64,000 nt of DNA, taken from NCBI GenBank assembly GCA_000999025.1, contig LCFM01000005.1:71087-135086 (forward strand), given 5' to 3'. The DNA is from Parcubacteria group bacterium GW2011_GWA2_43_13. GTDB lineage: Bacteria > Patescibacteriota > Patescibacteriia > UBA9629 > GWA2-43-13. The notes under the pieces were generated by a model. That model made no database searches. It worked only from the letters and a program-made list of their open reading frames with translations, and was not told the origin of the DNA. Shown one piece after another: positions 1-11,529 of the stretch. The stretch's first letter is position 1. Every line of letters begins with the position of its first letter. Made by a program: the position numbers and the translations under genes.

Positions 1-1102
1 AGAGGTTCGGGATACGAAATTGGGACCGGAAATGATTACGCGCGATATTCCGAATGTCGGTGAAGAGAAGTTGAAGGACTTGGATGAGGAAGGTGTTATC
101 CGTATTGGCGCAGAACTGGCGTCAGGCGATATTTTAGTCGGCAAAATTACCCCTAAAGGCGAAACGGAATTGTCTGCGGAAGAAAAATTACTTCGCGCTA
201 TTTTTGGAGAAAAAGCAAAAGATGTCAGGGATAGTTCTTTGTACCTTGAGCATGGTGAACATGGGAAAGTGGTGAATATTAAGATTTTTTCTCGCGATAA
301 TGGAGATAAACTTCAGGCCGGAGTGCTGAAAGTCATTCAAGTTTCAGTTGCCTCACTTCGTAAGGTACAGGTGGGCGATAAAATGGCCGGTCGGCATGGA
401 AACAAGGGGGTCATTTCGTGTGTTGTGCCAATTGAAGATATGCCTTTTATGGAAGATGGCACACCTGTTGATATTATTTTGAATCCATTAGGGGTCGCTT
501 CTCGTATGAATTTAGGCCAGATTTTGGAAACGCATTTGGGTCTTGCGGCCTATACGCTTGGGTATAAGGTTGCGACGCCTCCGTTAAACGGGGTACATGA
601 GGAAACTATTAGAGACGAGTTGAAAAAAGCAGGGTTTAGCCCAGATGGAAAGGTGCAGTTATATGATGGGCGTACCGGGATGGCGTTTGATTTTAAAACA
701 ACTGTTGGCATTTCCTATATGCTGAAATTGAATCACTTAGTTGAGGACAAAATTCATCAGCGATCCATTGGTCCCTATTCCATGGTTACTCAACAGCCAT
801 TAGGAGGAAAGGCACAGTTTGGCGGTCAGCGGTTTGGTGAAATGGAGGTATGGGCATTGGAAGCATATGGCGCGGCGCATACATTGCAGGAGATTTTAAC
901 GATAAAATCAGATGATGTTCCTGGAAGATCAAAGGCGTATGAATCTATTATCAAAGGCGAAAAGATTGAAAAACGGAATATCCCTGAATCATTTAATGTG
1001 CTTGTTAGGGAATTGAAAGGGCTTGCTTTAGAAGTCGAGCTTTTGAAAGGCGGAGACAGAATTGAGGTGCCGGAATTAAAAGAAGAAAAAGAAGAAACAT
1101 AA
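1..1102 (+). CDS. rpoB: DNA-directed RNA polymerase beta subunit, C-terminal part (gene continues upstream of the window)
   Basis: The translation carries conserved beta-subunit C-terminal motifs ([55 protein letters not shown]), and rpoC follows directly. Confidence 0.95.
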   Translation, partial: EVRDTKLGPEMITRDIPNVGEEKLKDLDEEGVIRIGAELASGDILVGKITPKGETELSAEEKLLRAIFGEKAKDVRDSSLYLEHGEHGKVVNIKIFSRDNGDKLQAGVLKVIQVSVASLRKVQVGDKMAGRHGNKGVISCVVPIEDMPFMEDGTPVDIILNPLGVASRMNLGQILETHLGLAAYTLGYKVATPPLNGVHEETIRDELKKAGFSPDGKVQLYDGRTGMAFDFKTTVGISYMLKLNHLVEDKIHQRSIGPYSMVTQQPLGGKAQFGGQRFGEMEVWALEAYGAAHTLQEILTIKSDDVPGRSKAYESIIKGEKIEKRNIPESFNVLVRELKGLALEVELLKGGDRIEVPELKEEKEET

Positions 1103-1219
1103 ATTCGGAGCACGAAATTCGAAATAAATTCAAATATATGAAATAGAAAATTTTATTGTTTTTAACTTGTAATTTCGTGTTTCGGATTTCGTGCTTCGAA
1201 TTTCGAATTTAATATATTT
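1103..1219 (+). promoter_or_regulatory. rpoB-rpoC intergenic long-range inverted repeat (ATTCGGAGCACGAAATTCGAAAT ... ATTTCGTGCTTCGAATTTCGAAT), a potential processing or attenuation stem
   Basis: The two arms are read directly from the sequence, are near-perfect reverse complements, and lie about 60 nt apart. Confidence 0.5.
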
Positions 1220-4200
1220 ATGGCTACACCTTCAACCACCAAGACAACGATTTTCTCTTCTGGCTATGATCGGCCTGCGTTGGATTTTGATGCGATTCGA
1301 TTGCGCATCGCCTCTCCTCGCGATATTTTGGAATGGTCGCGCGGTGAAGTGACCAAACCGGAGACAATCAATTATCGCACGCAAAAACCGGAACGGGAAG
1401 GCCTTTTTTCAGAAGTTATTTTTGGTCCAACGAAGGACTACGAGTGTTATTGTGGCAAATACAAACGTGTGCGGTATAAAGGTATTGTGTGCGATAAATG
1501 CGGAGTGGAAGTAACTCGTTCAGTCGTTCGGCGCGAGCGCATGGGTCATATTGCAATTGCTGCGCCAGTTGCGCATATTTGGTTTGTCAGAGGAGTGCCT
1601 TCTAAAATAGGCATGGTACTTAATCTTTCAATGCAAGAAGTTGAAAAGGTGGTGTATTTTGCCAGTTTTGTGGTAACAAAGGTAGATGAAGCTCTTCGCG
1701 AGCAGACCATGGAATCGTTGAAACAGGAGTTTAAAACAATGAAAAAACAGTATGAGAGTGAAGCGCATGTCGAAATAAACCGATGGCGCGCAAGCCAGCA
1801 GAAAGCGCAAGCAGGAGGCGCTTTGGTGGATGAAAAGGAGCTTGGTGTTCTTGAAAAGAAACATGCTGAACGGCTTGCTGATTTAGAGAAAGCCGTGGAA
1901 ACCGCGCGTAAAGAACTTGAAGGATTGCAAGTGCTTGCCATTTTATCAGAACAGGAATATCAGGATCTTTCTTTAAAGTATGGCCATATTTTTGAAGCAG
2001 GCATTGGCGCGGAAGCGATATATGAGCTTCTTGTGAAAATTGATCTTGAAAAAGAAATTGCTGATCTTGAAAAAGAAATAGGAGATGGCAGTACAGTGAA
2101 ACAGAGAAAATTCATGCGTCGGTTGCGATTAATTTCGAGTTTTAAGAAAAACGGTATTCGTCCTGAATGGATGATTTTAACACATGTGCCGATTATCCCG
2201 CCTGATTTGCGGCCAATGGTTCAGCTTGATGGCGGCCGGTTTGCGACCTCTGATTTAAATGATTTGTATCGTCGGGTGATTAATCGCAATAACCGATTGA
2301 AACGGTTGTTAGAATTGAATGCTCCGGAAGTTATTACGCGCAATGAAAAACGCATGTTGCAAGAAGCGGTGGATTCATTGATTGATAATAATGCACGGCA
2401 TGGCAAGACCGTTACTGCTTCAACCGGACAGCGTCGCGTACTGCGTTCCATTGCAGATTTGTTAAAAGGAAAGCAAGGCCGATTTCGCCAGAATTTACTT
2501 GGAAAACGTATTGATTATTCAGGCCGTTCAGTGATTGTCGTGGGGCCTCGGTTGAAGCTTCATCAGTGTGGGTTGCCTAAGATTATGGCGCTTGAATTGT
2601 TTAAGCCATTTGTTATGAGCAAGCTTATCCAGCGTGGCATTGTTCATAATGTCCGTTCGGCAAACAGATATATTGAAAATGGATCGTCAGAGGTATGGGA
2701 TATTTTGGAAGAAAGTACGAAAAAGGCGTATGTGCTGTTGAATCGCGCTCCAACCTTGCATCGTTTGGGCATTCAGGCGTTTCAGCCCATTTTAATAGAA
2801 GGAAAGGCGATCCAAGTTCATCCGTTGGTATGCCCTGCGTTTAATGCCGATTTTGATGGCGACCAGATGGCGGTTCACGTCCCTCTAACAGAAGAGGCGC
2901 GATGGGAAGCGGCCAATCTTATGCTTTCGGCGAAGAATTTGCTCAAACCGGCGACAGGTGATCCGATTACTACGCCGCAACAGGACTTGGTATGGGGCGC
3001 TCATTACATGACTACTATGATTGCTGATACGCGCGATCATCCTAAGTATTATTTCGGGTCATGGGAAGAAGCGCTTACTGCATATCATCAAAAAATTGTT
3101 CATCTTCAAGAGCGCATATATGTCATGATGGATGGCGAGAAATATGAGACAACGGTTGGCAGGATTATTTTTAACCAAATATTGCCGGAGAAATTGCGAT
3201 ATGTTAACACGCTGTTAGATAAAAAATCATTGCGCAAATTAGTCGGTTCGTGTCTTGAACAGTATGGACTTGAACAGACAGCTGAATTTTTAGATGAACT
3301 CATGCAGTTGGCATTCCGGTATGTGACGGTTTCGGGAATGTCATGGGGGATGGGCGATCTTCCGGTGCTCTCTGAAAAGAAGCAGATGTTAGAGGATGCG
3401 CAAAAGAACGTTGATACTATTCATCAGCAGTATGCGATGGGGTTGTTAACAGTTCAAGAACGGCATGATCGTATTATCGAGGTATGGGCTCATGTGAAAG
3501 ATCGCGTAATGGCTCTTTCGCGCGAATTGTTGGGAAAACAAGATAGAAATCCTGTCTTTTCAATGATTGAATCAGGCGCGCGCGGTTCTTGGGGGCAGAC
3601 AACTCAGATGATGGGAATGAAGGGATTGGTAACTTCTCCGTCAGGAGACACGATTGAATTGCCTGTTACGTCGTCATTTCGAGAAGGGTTTGAAGTGTTG
3701 GAGTACTTTATTTCTACGCATGGCGCGCGGAAAGGATTGACTGATATCGCTCTTCGCACTGCAAATGCTGGATATTTAACTCGTCGGTTAGTTGATGTAT
3801 CACAGGATGTCGTGGTTACTGAAACCGATTGCAAGAGCGATGAAGGCGTGACGTTTGGAAAGGAGGAAACAGAGGAAATTGGAAAGGTATTAGGCGATCG
3901 TGCCATGGGGCGGGTTCTTCTTGAAGATGTAGTGGATGCTGATTCAGGCGAGGTGGTGCTTGAAAAAGGCGCATTGGTTTCACGCGCTGACGCAAAGAAA
4001 ATAGATACCGCTCAAGTGGATCATATTACTGTTCGATCCCTCTTAACCTGCCGCGCAAGACGAGGCGTATGTCAGCAGTGTTATGGATATGATTTGGGGT
4101 ATAACAGATTGGTTGAACAGGGGACAGCGGTGGGGATTATCGCGGCACAGAGTATTGGCGAGCCAGGAACCCAGCTTACGATGCGTACGTTTCATACCGG

Positions 4201-5008
4201 CGGTGTCGCAGGAAAGGATATCACTCAAGGGCTTCCGCGTGTTGAAGAAATATTTGAATGTCGAGCTATTCGAAAAGGGGCTCTGCTTTCCGAAGTGACA
4301 GGGACGGCAAAGGTGACTGAAAAAGACAAACAAAAGATTGTAACTGTTTCTCCTCAAGATAAGAGTGAGCCAATAGAATATGTAGTGCCGTCAGGTTTTT
4401 CCATTTTAGTGAAGGATGGAGAATTAGTGAACGTCGGTGATGCGCTCACTGAAGGCAGTCAGGATCTTCATGAGTTGTATCGTTTGCGAGGCCGTCGGGC
4501 AGTGGAAAAGTATGTTATCCGTGAAATTCAGCAAATATATTCTTCACAGGGCCAGGATTTAAACGATAAGCATCTTGAAATTATTATTCGTCAGCTTTTC
4601 TCCCGTGTTATTATTATGAATGAGGGGGGTACGCGTTTTTCACCGGGATCTGTTATTGATCGAACTGCTGTTGAAGAAGAAAATGTGCGCGTGAAAAAAC
4701 AAGGAGGCAAGGGCGCTACATGTCAGGAACTGTTGATGGGGATGACGAAAGCCGCGCTCGCCACATCATCGTTTTTATCAGCGGCATCGTTTCAAGAGAC
4801 AGCGCGCGTGCTTATTGATGCGGCTATTACCGGCAAAATTGATAACTTGAACGGGTTAAAAGAGAATGTTATTATCGGCAGGTTAATTCCTGCGGGAACC
4901 GGATATAAAAGCGGCCGGCTTGAGCGGGAAGTTTTGAAAGCGTCTGAAATAACGCGACAGCAAAAAGCGAATGAGAGAGCGGAATCAATGGCGCTGATAG
5001 AAGAATAA
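1220..5008 (+). CDS. rpoC: DNA-directed RNA polymerase beta' subunit
   Basis: The 1262-aa product has the zinc-binding [23 protein letters not shown] segment and the catalytic [12 protein letters not shown] motif, and sits in the canonical position after rpoB. Confidence 0.97.
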   Translation: MATPSTTKTTIFSSGYDRPALDFDAIRLRIASPRDILEWSRGEVTKPETINYRTQKPEREGLFSEVIFGPTKDYECYCGKYKRVRYKGIVCDKCGVEVTRSVVRRERMGHIAIAAPVAHIWFVRGVPSKIGMVLNLSMQEVEKVVYFASFVVTKVDEALREQTMESLKQEFKTMKKQYESEAHVEINRWRASQQKAQAGGALVDEKELGVLEKKHAERLADLEKAVETARKELEGLQVLAILSEQEYQDLSLKYGHIFEAGIGAEAIYELLVKIDLEKEIADLEKEIGDGSTVKQRKFMRRLRLISSFKKNGIRPEWMILTHVPIIPPDLRPMVQLDGGRFATSDLNDLYRRVINRNNRLKRLLELNAPEVITRNEKRMLQEAVDSLIDNNARHGKTVTASTGQRRVLRSIADLLKGKQGRFRQNLLGKRIDYSGRSVIVVGPRLKLHQCGLPKIMALELFKPFVMSKLIQRGIVHNVRSANRYIENGSSEVWDILEESTKKAYVLLNRAPTLHRLGIQAFQPILIEGKAIQVHPLVCPAFNADFDGDQMAVHVPLTEEARWEAANLMLSAKNLLKPATGDPITTPQQDLVWGAHYMTTMIADTRDHPKYYFGSWEEALTAYHQKIVHLQERIYVMMDGEKYETTVGRIIFNQILPEKLRYVNTLLDKKSLRKLVGSCLEQYGLEQTAEFLDELMQLAFRYVTVSGMSWGMGDLPVLSEKKQMLEDAQKNVDTIHQQYAMGLLTVQERHDRIIEVWAHVKDRVMALSRELLGKQDRNPVFSMIESGARGSWGQTTQMMGMKGLVTSPSGDTIELPVTSSFREGFEVLEYFISTHGARKGLTDIALRTANAGYLTRRLVDVSQDVVVTETDCKSDEGVTFGKEETEEIGKVLGDRAMGRVLLEDVVDADSGEVVLEKGALVSRADAKKIDTAQVDHITVRSLLTCRARRGVCQQCYGYDLGYNRLVEQGTAVGIIAAQSIGEPGTQLTMRTFHTGGVAGKDITQGLPRVEEIFECRAIRKGALLSEVTGTAKVTEKDKQKIVTVSPQDKSEPIEYVVPSGFSILVKDGELVNVGDALTEGSQDLHELYRLRGRRAVEKYVIREIQQIYSSQGQDLNDKHLEIIIRQLFSRVIIMNEGGTRFSPGSVIDRTAVEEENVRVKKQGGKGATCQELLMGMTKAALATSSFLSAASFQETARVLIDAAITGKIDNLNGLKENVIIGRLIPAGTGYKSGRLEREVLKASEITRQQKANERAESMALIEE

Positions 5009-5038
5009 TATCGAATAGCATACTGTCTATTGTATTGT

Positions 5039-5064
5039 GGCCCCCGTAGTACGGGGGCTTTTGG
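5039..5064 (+). terminator. Rho-independent terminator after rpoC (GGCCCCCGTAGTACGGGGGC followed by TTTT)
   Basis: A GC-rich hairpin followed by a T-run lies immediately after the rpoC stop. Confidence 0.7.
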
Positions 5065-5123
5065 TACCGGAAAAACGATGGACTCTGGAATCATTATACG
5101 ATATACTACTTTCATATTAGTAT

Positions 5124-7298
5124 ATGTCGTCAGATAAAGGGAAAAAGAAATCAGATCAAAAAGAAGAGGATATTTCATGGCTTTCTCAAGAGGCGCGGGC
5201 CTCTATTTGGGCTGTGATACTTTTGGTGATTTCAGTTGTGTTTGCGTTGTCGTTATTGGATGCGGCCGGAACACTGGGAATATGGGTGAAAAGCGCGCTT
5301 GAGGGATTAGTTGGTTGGGCCGCGTGGGTCGTGCCGCTGTTGTTGATTCTTGTGGTGTATTTGGTGATTATTGGCAAGCAGGCGCATCGGCGCACATATC
5401 ACACATGGGGATTATTGCTGGTATTGTTTGCTATTGCCGGATTATTTCATTCAATTATTCCAATGGATCAGGCCTGGCCTGCGATTGATCAGGGCCGTGG
5501 AGGGGGGTATCTTGGGTTTGCTATGAGTTTCCCGTTTCGGCGGTTGATGGGGTCTTTTGCAAGCGCGCTTTTTTTATGTGCGTTGGGAGTGATTGGCGTC
5601 GTGTTGCTGTTTAATACTCCACTGACTTCACTACTGAAGCCGTGGGAGTTTTGGCGGCGATTGAAAAGGGTAAAGCCGCAGTCATCGCTTGGCGAAGGTG
5701 TCCAGTTGATTGATGATAAAAAGCATGGCGAAACAAAGCCATTTTTACAATCAACTCTTCCAACTGATAAAGGATTTTCCAAGCAAAAAATAGGAATGGT
5801 TGATGTGCCGAATCGCATTCGGCTTCCTAAAATTGATATACCATTAGATTTATTAGAGCGGGCGGAAATTCACCCTCAATCAGGTGATATCCGCAAGAAT
5901 TGTGAAATTATAAAAGGCACGCTTGAAACGTTCGGAATTCAGGTCGAGATGGCTGATGTTCATGTTGGGCCTACAGTAACCCAGTATACGCTCAAACCAG
6001 CCGAGGGAGTGAAATTATCTCAAATTACCGCATTGCAAAATGATTTGGCGCTGGCCCTTGCCGCGCTTTCTATTCGCGTTGAAGCGCCAATTCCCGGGAA
6101 AGCGCTGGTGGGCATAGAAATCCCCAATAAAAGCGTTGCTACCGTTCCATTGCGCAATGTACTTGAAAGCAGTGAGTTTGCGCGCAGAAAATCACCGCTT
6201 ACGATTACTATTGGCCAAGATGTTGCCGGAAATGCGTTTGTCGCCGATCTGACAAAAATGCCCCATTTATTGGTTGCCGGAGCAACAGGATCAGGGAAAT
6301 CCGTGTGCATCAATACCGCTTTGATCAGTTTGTTGTATCAGAATTCTCCTGAGGATTTACGTTTGATTCTTGTGGATCCCAAACGCGTTGAACTTACCAT
6401 GTATAATGGTATTCCTCATTTGTTGACTCCTGTGATTGTAGATGTTCAAAAAACAATCAATGCATTAAAGTGGACTGTCTCTGAAATGGAACGCAGATAC
6501 GAAGTATTGGCAGAGAAGGGCAAGCGGAATATTGAGAGCTTTAATCAAGCAGTTTCGTCTGAAGATTCATTGCCCTATATTATTGTTGTGATTGACGAAT
6601 TGGCAGATATTATGGCAGTCGCGGCGCGCGAGGTTGAAGCGATGATTATTCGGCTTGCGCAGATGGCTCGTGCTGTTGGTATTCACCTTGTACTCGCGAC
6701 GCAAAGGCCATCGGTTAATGTTATTACTGGCCTTATTAAGGCGAATATTACAACCCGCGTTGCATTTTCCGTTGCCTCTGGCGTTGATTCTCGTACGATT
6801 ATTGATTCGTCAGGAGCGGAAAAATTACTCGGCCGTGGAGATATGTTATTCATTTCTTCTGAATTGACAAAGCCAAAACGCGCTCAAGGCGCGTATGTTT
6901 CTGAAGAAGAGGTGAAGCGCGTGGTTGATTTTTTGAAACAAAAAGCTCAACCCCAGTATGTTGAAGCAGTGGTTCAAAAACATACCGTGAGTGGTGGGAA
7001 TGGAATGGTTGGCCTGGGAGATGATTATGATGATGTATTATACCAAGAAGCTCGTACTCTTGTGATTGAAACAGGCAAGGCATCGGCGTCACTCTTGCAA
7101 AGACGATTACGCGTAGGATATGCTCGAGCCGCGCGATTATTGGATTTATTAGAAGATCAAGGAGTGGTTGGGCCGCAAGAGGGTGCGCGTCCGCGCGAAG
7201 TTTTTGTGGCATCGCGCGCTTCTGAAGGATTTGACGTTCAGGATGGGCAGGATTTTGACACGCGCGATAAAGAGCGTATAGAAGATGATTATGAATGA
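5124..7298 (+). CDS. ftsK: DNA translocase FtsK/SpoIIIE
   Basis: The protein has N-terminal transmembrane segments, an FtsK motor domain with Walker A GATGSGKS, and a C-terminal gamma-like winged-helix region. Confidence 0.9.
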   Translation: MSSDKGKKKSDQKEEDISWLSQEARASIWAVILLVISVVFALSLLDAAGTLGIWVKSALEGLVGWAAWVVPLLLILVVYLVIIGKQAHRRTYHTWGLLLVLFAIAGLFHSIIPMDQAWPAIDQGRGGGYLGFAMSFPFRRLMGSFASALFLCALGVIGVVLLFNTPLTSLLKPWEFWRRLKRVKPQSSLGEGVQLIDDKKHGETKPFLQSTLPTDKGFSKQKIGMVDVPNRIRLPKIDIPLDLLERAEIHPQSGDIRKNCEIIKGTLETFGIQVEMADVHVGPTVTQYTLKPAEGVKLSQITALQNDLALALAALSIRVEAPIPGKALVGIEIPNKSVATVPLRNVLESSEFARRKSPLTITIGQDVAGNAFVADLTKMPHLLVAGATGSGKSVCINTALISLLYQNSPEDLRLILVDPKRVELTMYNGIPHLLTPVIVDVQKTINALKWTVSEMERRYEVLAEKGKRNIESFNQAVSSEDSLPYIIVVIDELADIMAVAAREVEAMIIRLAQMARAVGIHLVLATQRPSVNVITGLIKANITTRVAFSVASGVDSRTIIDSSGAEKLLGRGDMLFISSELTKPKRAQGAYVSEEEVKRVVDFLKQKAQPQYVEAVVQKHTVSGGNGMVGLGDDYDDVLYQEARTLVIETGKASASLLQRRLRVGYARAARLLDLLEDQGVVGPQEGARPREVFVASRASEGFDVQDGQDFDTRDKERIEDDYE

Positions 7299-8004
7299 TT
7301 TTATTGAAAAGAAAATTGTTACCCAACGGACGATTGGCGAGACACTGAAGAATATTCGAGAAGGGCTGGGGTATTCATTGGATGATATGGCGCGGCGTAC
7401 CAGCATACGCTCTTTTTATTTAGAGGCGATTGAAAGAGGCGCCTATGATGAGATCCCGGGAGAAGTGTATATTAAAAGTTTTTTAAAAGTATACAGCGAG
7501 TCATTGGGATTGAATGCTGATGATATTATGGAACGGTATTCTTATGAATGTGTCGTGTGGGAAGGGTATATAAAAAATAATCAACCTCGCCATCATGCCG
7601 AAGGGTATGGGAAGCGCGCGATGCTCTTTTTAAGCAATCCCAGAACAATCAGGTATGGCGTGATTGGGACTATTGTGCTGATAATGGTTGCATATATTGC
7701 GTATCAATTGTATGCGATTGTTCGCCCTCCGGAACTGAGCGTTGAATCACCTCCTGATACTATAACAGTATCAGAACGCCTTGTTCATGTGAGCGGAAGA
7801 ACTGACCCTTCCGCTCGCGTTACGATAAATGGAGAAGTGGTGTTTTTGAAAGATGATGGGAGTTTTGCAGAAACCGTTGATATTCTGGTCGGAGTGAATG
7901 TGATCCGCATTGAAGCAAGGTTTAAGTATTCTCGCACGCGAGTGGTAGAGCGCCATGTTTTTGCGACTGGAAGCGAGCGCCCGTTGATTGAAAAAATTGA
8001 GTAA
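7285..8004 (+). CDS. HTH (XRE-type) membrane protein, RodZ-like
   Basis: It has an N-terminal helix-turn-helix (LKNIREGLGYSLDDMARRTSI) and a central transmembrane segment, and overlaps the ftsK stop. Confidence 0.55.
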   Translation: MIMNDFIEKKIVTQRTIGETLKNIREGLGYSLDDMARRTSIRSFYLEAIERGAYDEIPGEVYIKSFLKVYSESLGLNADDIMERYSYECVVWEGYIKNNQPRHHAEGYGKRAMLFLSNPRTIRYGVIGTIVLIMVAYIAYQLYAIVRPPELSVESPPDTITVSERLVHVSGRTDPSARVTINGEVVFLKDDGSFAETVDILVGVNVIRIEARFKYSRTRVVERHVFATGSERPLIEKIE

Positions 8005-8092
8005 GGGAGTATGTATTGTATAGTGTATAAGTCATTTGCTACTTTAGAGGGAATTTGGTAATGTTATTCATTGTGTAGTTAAAATAATTTTT

Positions 8093-9115
8093 ATGGCACA
8101 AGAAAAAACACAAGGAGAAGGGGGGAGTGAACGGGTGAAAGCGGCAGAGGCCGCGATTGCGCAAATTAAAGAACGGTTTGGAGAGGGGTCTATCATGCGG
8201 TTTGGCGAAGCAAAGGCCATGGAGGTTGATGTTATTTCAACCGGCTGTCTGTCACTTGATATGGCTTTGGGCGTGGGTGGGATTCCGCACGGAAGAATTA
8301 CAGAAATTTTTGGGCCTGAAGCGTCGGGAAAAACAACACTTGCCCAGCATGTGGTTGCGCAAGCGCAAAAGATGGGGGGAATAGCGGCTTTTGTTGATGC
8401 GGAACACGCGCTTGACCCTGATTACGCACGCAAAATTGGCGTAAATGTTGACGAACTGTTGATTTCACAGCCAGATACCGGCGAGCAGGCGCTTGAAATT
8501 GTTGAGAATTTAGTGCGCTCAAATGCTATTGATATTATTGTGATTGATTCTGTTGCCGCGCTTGTTCCAAAAGCGGAAATTGAAGGTGAGATGGGAGATC
8601 AGCACATGGGTCTGCAGGCGCGGTTGATGAGCCAGGCGTTGCGGAAATTAACCGGCGTTGTTTCTAAAACGCATACTGCTGTTGTATTTATCAATCAAAT
8701 CAGGCATCAAATCGGCGTGTTTTTTGGCAACCCTGAAGTTACGTCTGGCGGACAGGCGTTGAAATTTTATGCTTCAGTGCGCATCGAAGTGCGTAGATCC
8801 GCGCAAATTAAACAAGCAGAAAAAATTATAGGGAATCGGGTAAAGGCAAAGATTGTTAAAAATAAAGTTGCCGCGCCGTTTCAAACAACGGAATTTGATA
8901 TTATGTACAATGAAGGCATCTCCATGTCAGGCGATTTATTAGATACTGGTGTTACTATGGGCGTGGTAACTAAGTCAGGGAATTCATATAGTTATGAACA
9001 AGAAAAATTTGGCGTAGGGAGAGAAACGGCAAAATCATATCTGCGCGAGCATCCTGAATTGATGGAAACGATACGCGCCCAAGTGTGGGAAAAATTTAAA
9101 GCAAGCGCTAAATAG
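8093..9115 (+). CDS. recA: Recombinase RecA
   Basis: The product has the Walker [11 protein letters not shown] and the conserved RecA core. Confidence 0.97.
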   Translation: MAQEKTQGEGGSERVKAAEAAIAQIKERFGEGSIMRFGEAKAMEVDVISTGCLSLDMALGVGGIPHGRITEIFGPEASGKTTLAQHVVAQAQKMGGIAAFVDAEHALDPDYARKIGVNVDELLISQPDTGEQALEIVENLVRSNAIDIIVIDSVAALVPKAEIEGEMGDQHMGLQARLMSQALRKLTGVVSKTHTAVVFINQIRHQIGVFFGNPEVTSGGQALKFYASVRIEVRRSAQIKQAEKIIGNRVKAKIVKNKVAAPFQTTEFDIMYNEGISMSGDLLDTGVTMGVVTKSGNSYSYEQEKFGVGRETAKSYLREHPELMETIRAQVWEKFKASAK

Positions 9116-9153
9116 ATGAGATTGCTTTGTAGGGACAGCGCTTTGGGGGATAC

Positions 9154-9187
9154 AAAAAAGAACGCTCATGATAGCGTTCTTTTTTGT
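9154..9187. terminator. Bidirectional terminator between convergent recA and efp (AAAAAAGAACGCT-catgat-AGCGTTCTTTTTT)
   Basis: A perfect hairpin is flanked by an A-run on one side and a T-run on the other. Confidence 0.75.
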
Positions 9188-9194
9188 AGTGTCT

Positions 9195-9761
9195 TTAGTT
9201 ATTGACGCGTTCAACGTATTCTCTGGTTTCAGTGTTTACGCGTATGGTGTCGCCCGTTTTGACAAAAATAGGCACTTGAATAGTTGCTCCTGTCTCAAGT
9301 GTCGCAGATTTTGTGACTGATCCTTGCGCAGTGTCTCCTTTGACAGCTGGTTCTGTTTGTTCAACGTCAAATTCCATTTTAATGGGAAGTGATATGGCAA
9401 CTGATTTCCCTTCAAATATGAGGACATCAACACATGCACCTTCTTTTAAGAAATCCAATTGATCTTTGACCTGTTCAATAGGGAGCGAGAATTGTTCGTA
9501 CGAATCATGCTCCATAAAATATGCGTTGTGATCATCTTTATAAAGATAATCAGCTTTTGCTCGAGCAAGGTCTGCTGAATCTATCTTATCGTTTCCTTTA
9601 AATGACAGTTCCAATACTGTTTGTGAAATAAGACCGCGTACTTTGACGCGTACCGTGGCCCCGCCACGTCCCATGTGGCTGTGCGAATACGAGAGTACTT
9701 GGAACGGTTCGTTGGAATGTTTTAAAACAGTTCCTTTTTTGAGATCAGAAATAGAAAGCAT
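9195..9761 (-). CDS. efp: Elongation factor P
   Basis: Its N-terminus (SISDLKKGTVL...GRGGA) and overall length are typical of EF-P. Confidence 0.9.
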   Translation of the reverse strand: MLSISDLKKGTVLKHSNEPFQVLSYSHSHMGRGGATVRVKVRGLISQTVLELSFKGNDKIDSADLARAKADYLYKDDHNAYFMEHDSYEQFSLPIEQVKDQLDFLKEGACVDVLIFEGKSVAISLPIKMEFDVEQTEPAVKGDTAQGSVTKSATLETGATIQVPIFVKTGDTIRVNTETREYVERVNN

Positions 9762-9809
9762 AAGATATAACAAAAACTACAAACTACCCCCTACAACCTA
9801 CAAAGTTAC

Positions 9810-10034
9810 TTACTGTCTGACAAACGGAAGTAAGGCCATGACGCGTGCGCGTTTAATGGCTGTTGCAAGTTTTCTCTGCATTTTAGGCGAGGTGCCGGTA
9901 TATTTGCGTGGCATAATTTTGCCGTAATACGAGATGAACTGTTTTAACAGATCAACATCTTTGTAGTCAATGTCGGTGATATTATTCGCGGCAAAATAAC
10001 ATTCTTGTTTTTTTTGATTGCGTGGTGATGGCAT
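9810..10034 (-). CDS. rpsR: 30S ribosomal protein S18
   Basis: The product carries the S18 motif [26 protein letters not shown]; the start is chosen at MPSPRNQKK. Confidence 0.85.
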   Translation of the reverse strand: MPSPRNQKKQECYFAANNITDIDYKDVDLLKQFISYYGKIMPRKYTGTSPKMQRKLATAIKRARVMALLPFVRQ

Positions 10035-10123
10035 AGATAAAAGATAGATGAACGTAAGAACGGAAGAACATATAACGAAAGCGTACAAACATTCTTTGGT
10101 TCTCCAGTTTTTTGGGTTTACAG

Positions 10124-10567
10124 TTAAAACGGAATATCTTCAACATTAATTTCTTCTTCAGTAACCTGGCCGTCTGATTGTTGTTCTTGAGGAGCAGGTG
10201 GTTGTGGGGGAGCGAATGAGGAAGGAGGTTGCGATCCGGCGCGGTCAAGCATAATCATGTTTTCCGCGATAATTTCAGTGCGATATTGTTTTTTTCCTGT
10301 TGTTTGGTCGTCCCAATTGCGTGTTTCAAGCCGACCTTCAATAAAGATTTTGCTTCCTTTTTTAAGATATTGCTGGCAGATTTCCGCAAGCCGCCGCCAT
10401 GCGACGATGTTATGAAATTCAACTTTTTCCTGGCGCTGACCTTGCTGGTCTGTCCATGTAAAGTTTGTTGCAATGCCAAAATTTGCAACGGTCTGACCGG
10501 TTGGGGTTGTTCTGACTTCGGGGTCTCGCGTAACATTGCCGATAATCATTGCTTTATTAAGGTCCAT
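10124..10567 (-). CDS. ssb: Single-stranded DNA-binding protein
   Basis: It has an OB-fold N-terminus ([17 protein letters not shown]), a Pro/Gln-rich linker, and an acidic C-terminal tail ending DIPF. Confidence 0.95.
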   Translation of the reverse strand: MDLNKAMIIGNVTRDPEVRTTPTGQTVANFGIATNFTWTDQQGQRQEKVEFHNIVAWRRLAEICQQYLKKGSKIFIEGRLETRNWDDQTTGKKQYRTEIIAENMIMLDRAGSQPPSSFAPPQPPAPQEQQSDGQVTEEEINVEDIPF

Positions 10568-10576
10568 AGAGTACAC

Positions 10577-10663
10577 GGATATACGCGGATTGAACCCGGA
10601 TAGACGCGGAATTGTGCGCTCTTACGAGCATCTATCCGCGTGTCGTCCGCGTAAATCTGCGTT
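10577..10663 (-). promoter_or_regulatory. rpsF-ssb intergenic region with repeated CGCGGAT(A/T) units and inverted copies (GGATATACGCGGAT, GGATAGACGCGGAAT, ATCCGCGTGTCGTCCGCGTAAAT)
   Basis: The repeats are read directly from the sequence; they may be an operator or an RNA structure inside the S6 operon. Confidence 0.35.
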
Positions 10664-11299
10664 TTAAAGAGTATCACTGGTTAAGATTTCATCAAGTTTT
10701 TCATCGAGATCATCGAGTGAGATTTTTGATTTTTTATCTCGTTTCGGTGTTTTTGGTTTCTGTTCTGGTTCTTCAGATGCGTCTGGCGAGTCAGTTGATT
10801 TTTGAGGAGGTTCTTGCTCCGGCTCTTTTGTTTCTGTGTCATGAATATCCTCACGAGATGGAACAGGGATAGGTTCTTGAGTAGTATCTTGGGCAAGAGT
10901 TGGCTGTTCATCATGTGCGACAGGGGCGCGAGGCGTTTCCGTTGTTACTTGTTTTTCTGTGCGTTTGTCAGTGAGAGAATACTGTGGCGCGAGGTCTGTC
11001 ATGCGTGATGGTTGCATCAATACATGTCGCAAGATTGATGTAGTATGAATCAAGGTGGTATTCAACTCATTTATGGCTGATGGATTGGCGTTAAAGTATA
11101 TCAACGTGTAAAATCCATGAGAGTACTGCTTAATTGGATACGCGAGTTTTCTGCGCATCGGCTTATCTTCACGCACAAGCACGCCCTGTTGAGATGTAAT
11201 TAATAAACGGATATGCTCGGCAATGGGATCAATTTCTTGTTCTGAAAGCGATCCGGGAATAAGATACAATAGCTCATAGAGCTTTGTTTCTTCTGTCAT
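10664..11299 (-). CDS. rpsF: 30S ribosomal protein S6 with a long acidic/Pro-rich C-terminal extension
   Basis: It has an S6 N-terminus (MTEETKLYELLYLIPG...) and sits upstream of ssb and rpsR in the conserved cluster; an extended tail of about 100 aa is unusual. Confidence 0.85.
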   Translation of the reverse strand: MTEETKLYELLYLIPGSLSEQEIDPIAEHIRLLITSQQGVLVREDKPMRRKLAYPIKQYSHGFYTLIYFNANPSAINELNTTLIHTTSILRHVLMQPSRMTDLAPQYSLTDKRTEKQVTTETPRAPVAHDEQPTLAQDTTQEPIPVPSREDIHDTETKEPEQEPPQKSTDSPDASEEPEQKPKTPKRDKKSKISLDDLDEKLDEILTSDTL

Positions 11300-11529
11300 A
11301 TACTCTACGCAAAGAAACAACAACGCTGTGGGGTTTCTTTGCACACTACCCCGCGCTGGTCGAAAAAGCGATAGCTTTTCAATTGGTGCGAGGATGGATA
11401 TGACCTTACGTCAGTATCCATATGGATAGTAAAGAATGGCATCACTTTACCATAGGGTTGTGATTTTGGCAAGAGTTTATTGAATAATAAGCCATTTTTA
11501 GGTATACTTAAGGTATCTTTTATGAAAAT

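Noticed and set aside
1546-1941. Antisense ORFs of 60-130 aa inside rpoC, ftsK, uvrA, groEL, pyk and other genes (for example 1546-1941, 3604-3906, 55170-55490, 57535-57948)
   Set aside because: They lie wholly within strongly supported conserved genes on the opposite strand, have low-complexity translations, and lack an RBS.
1220-5008. Possible intein or intron in the large polymerase and repair genes (rpoC, uvrA, recA, mutS)
   Set aside because: Protein lengths are close to canonical, and no Cys/Ser...HN splice-junction blocks or homing-endonuclease motifs were seen. The only insertions are the short palindromic repeats.
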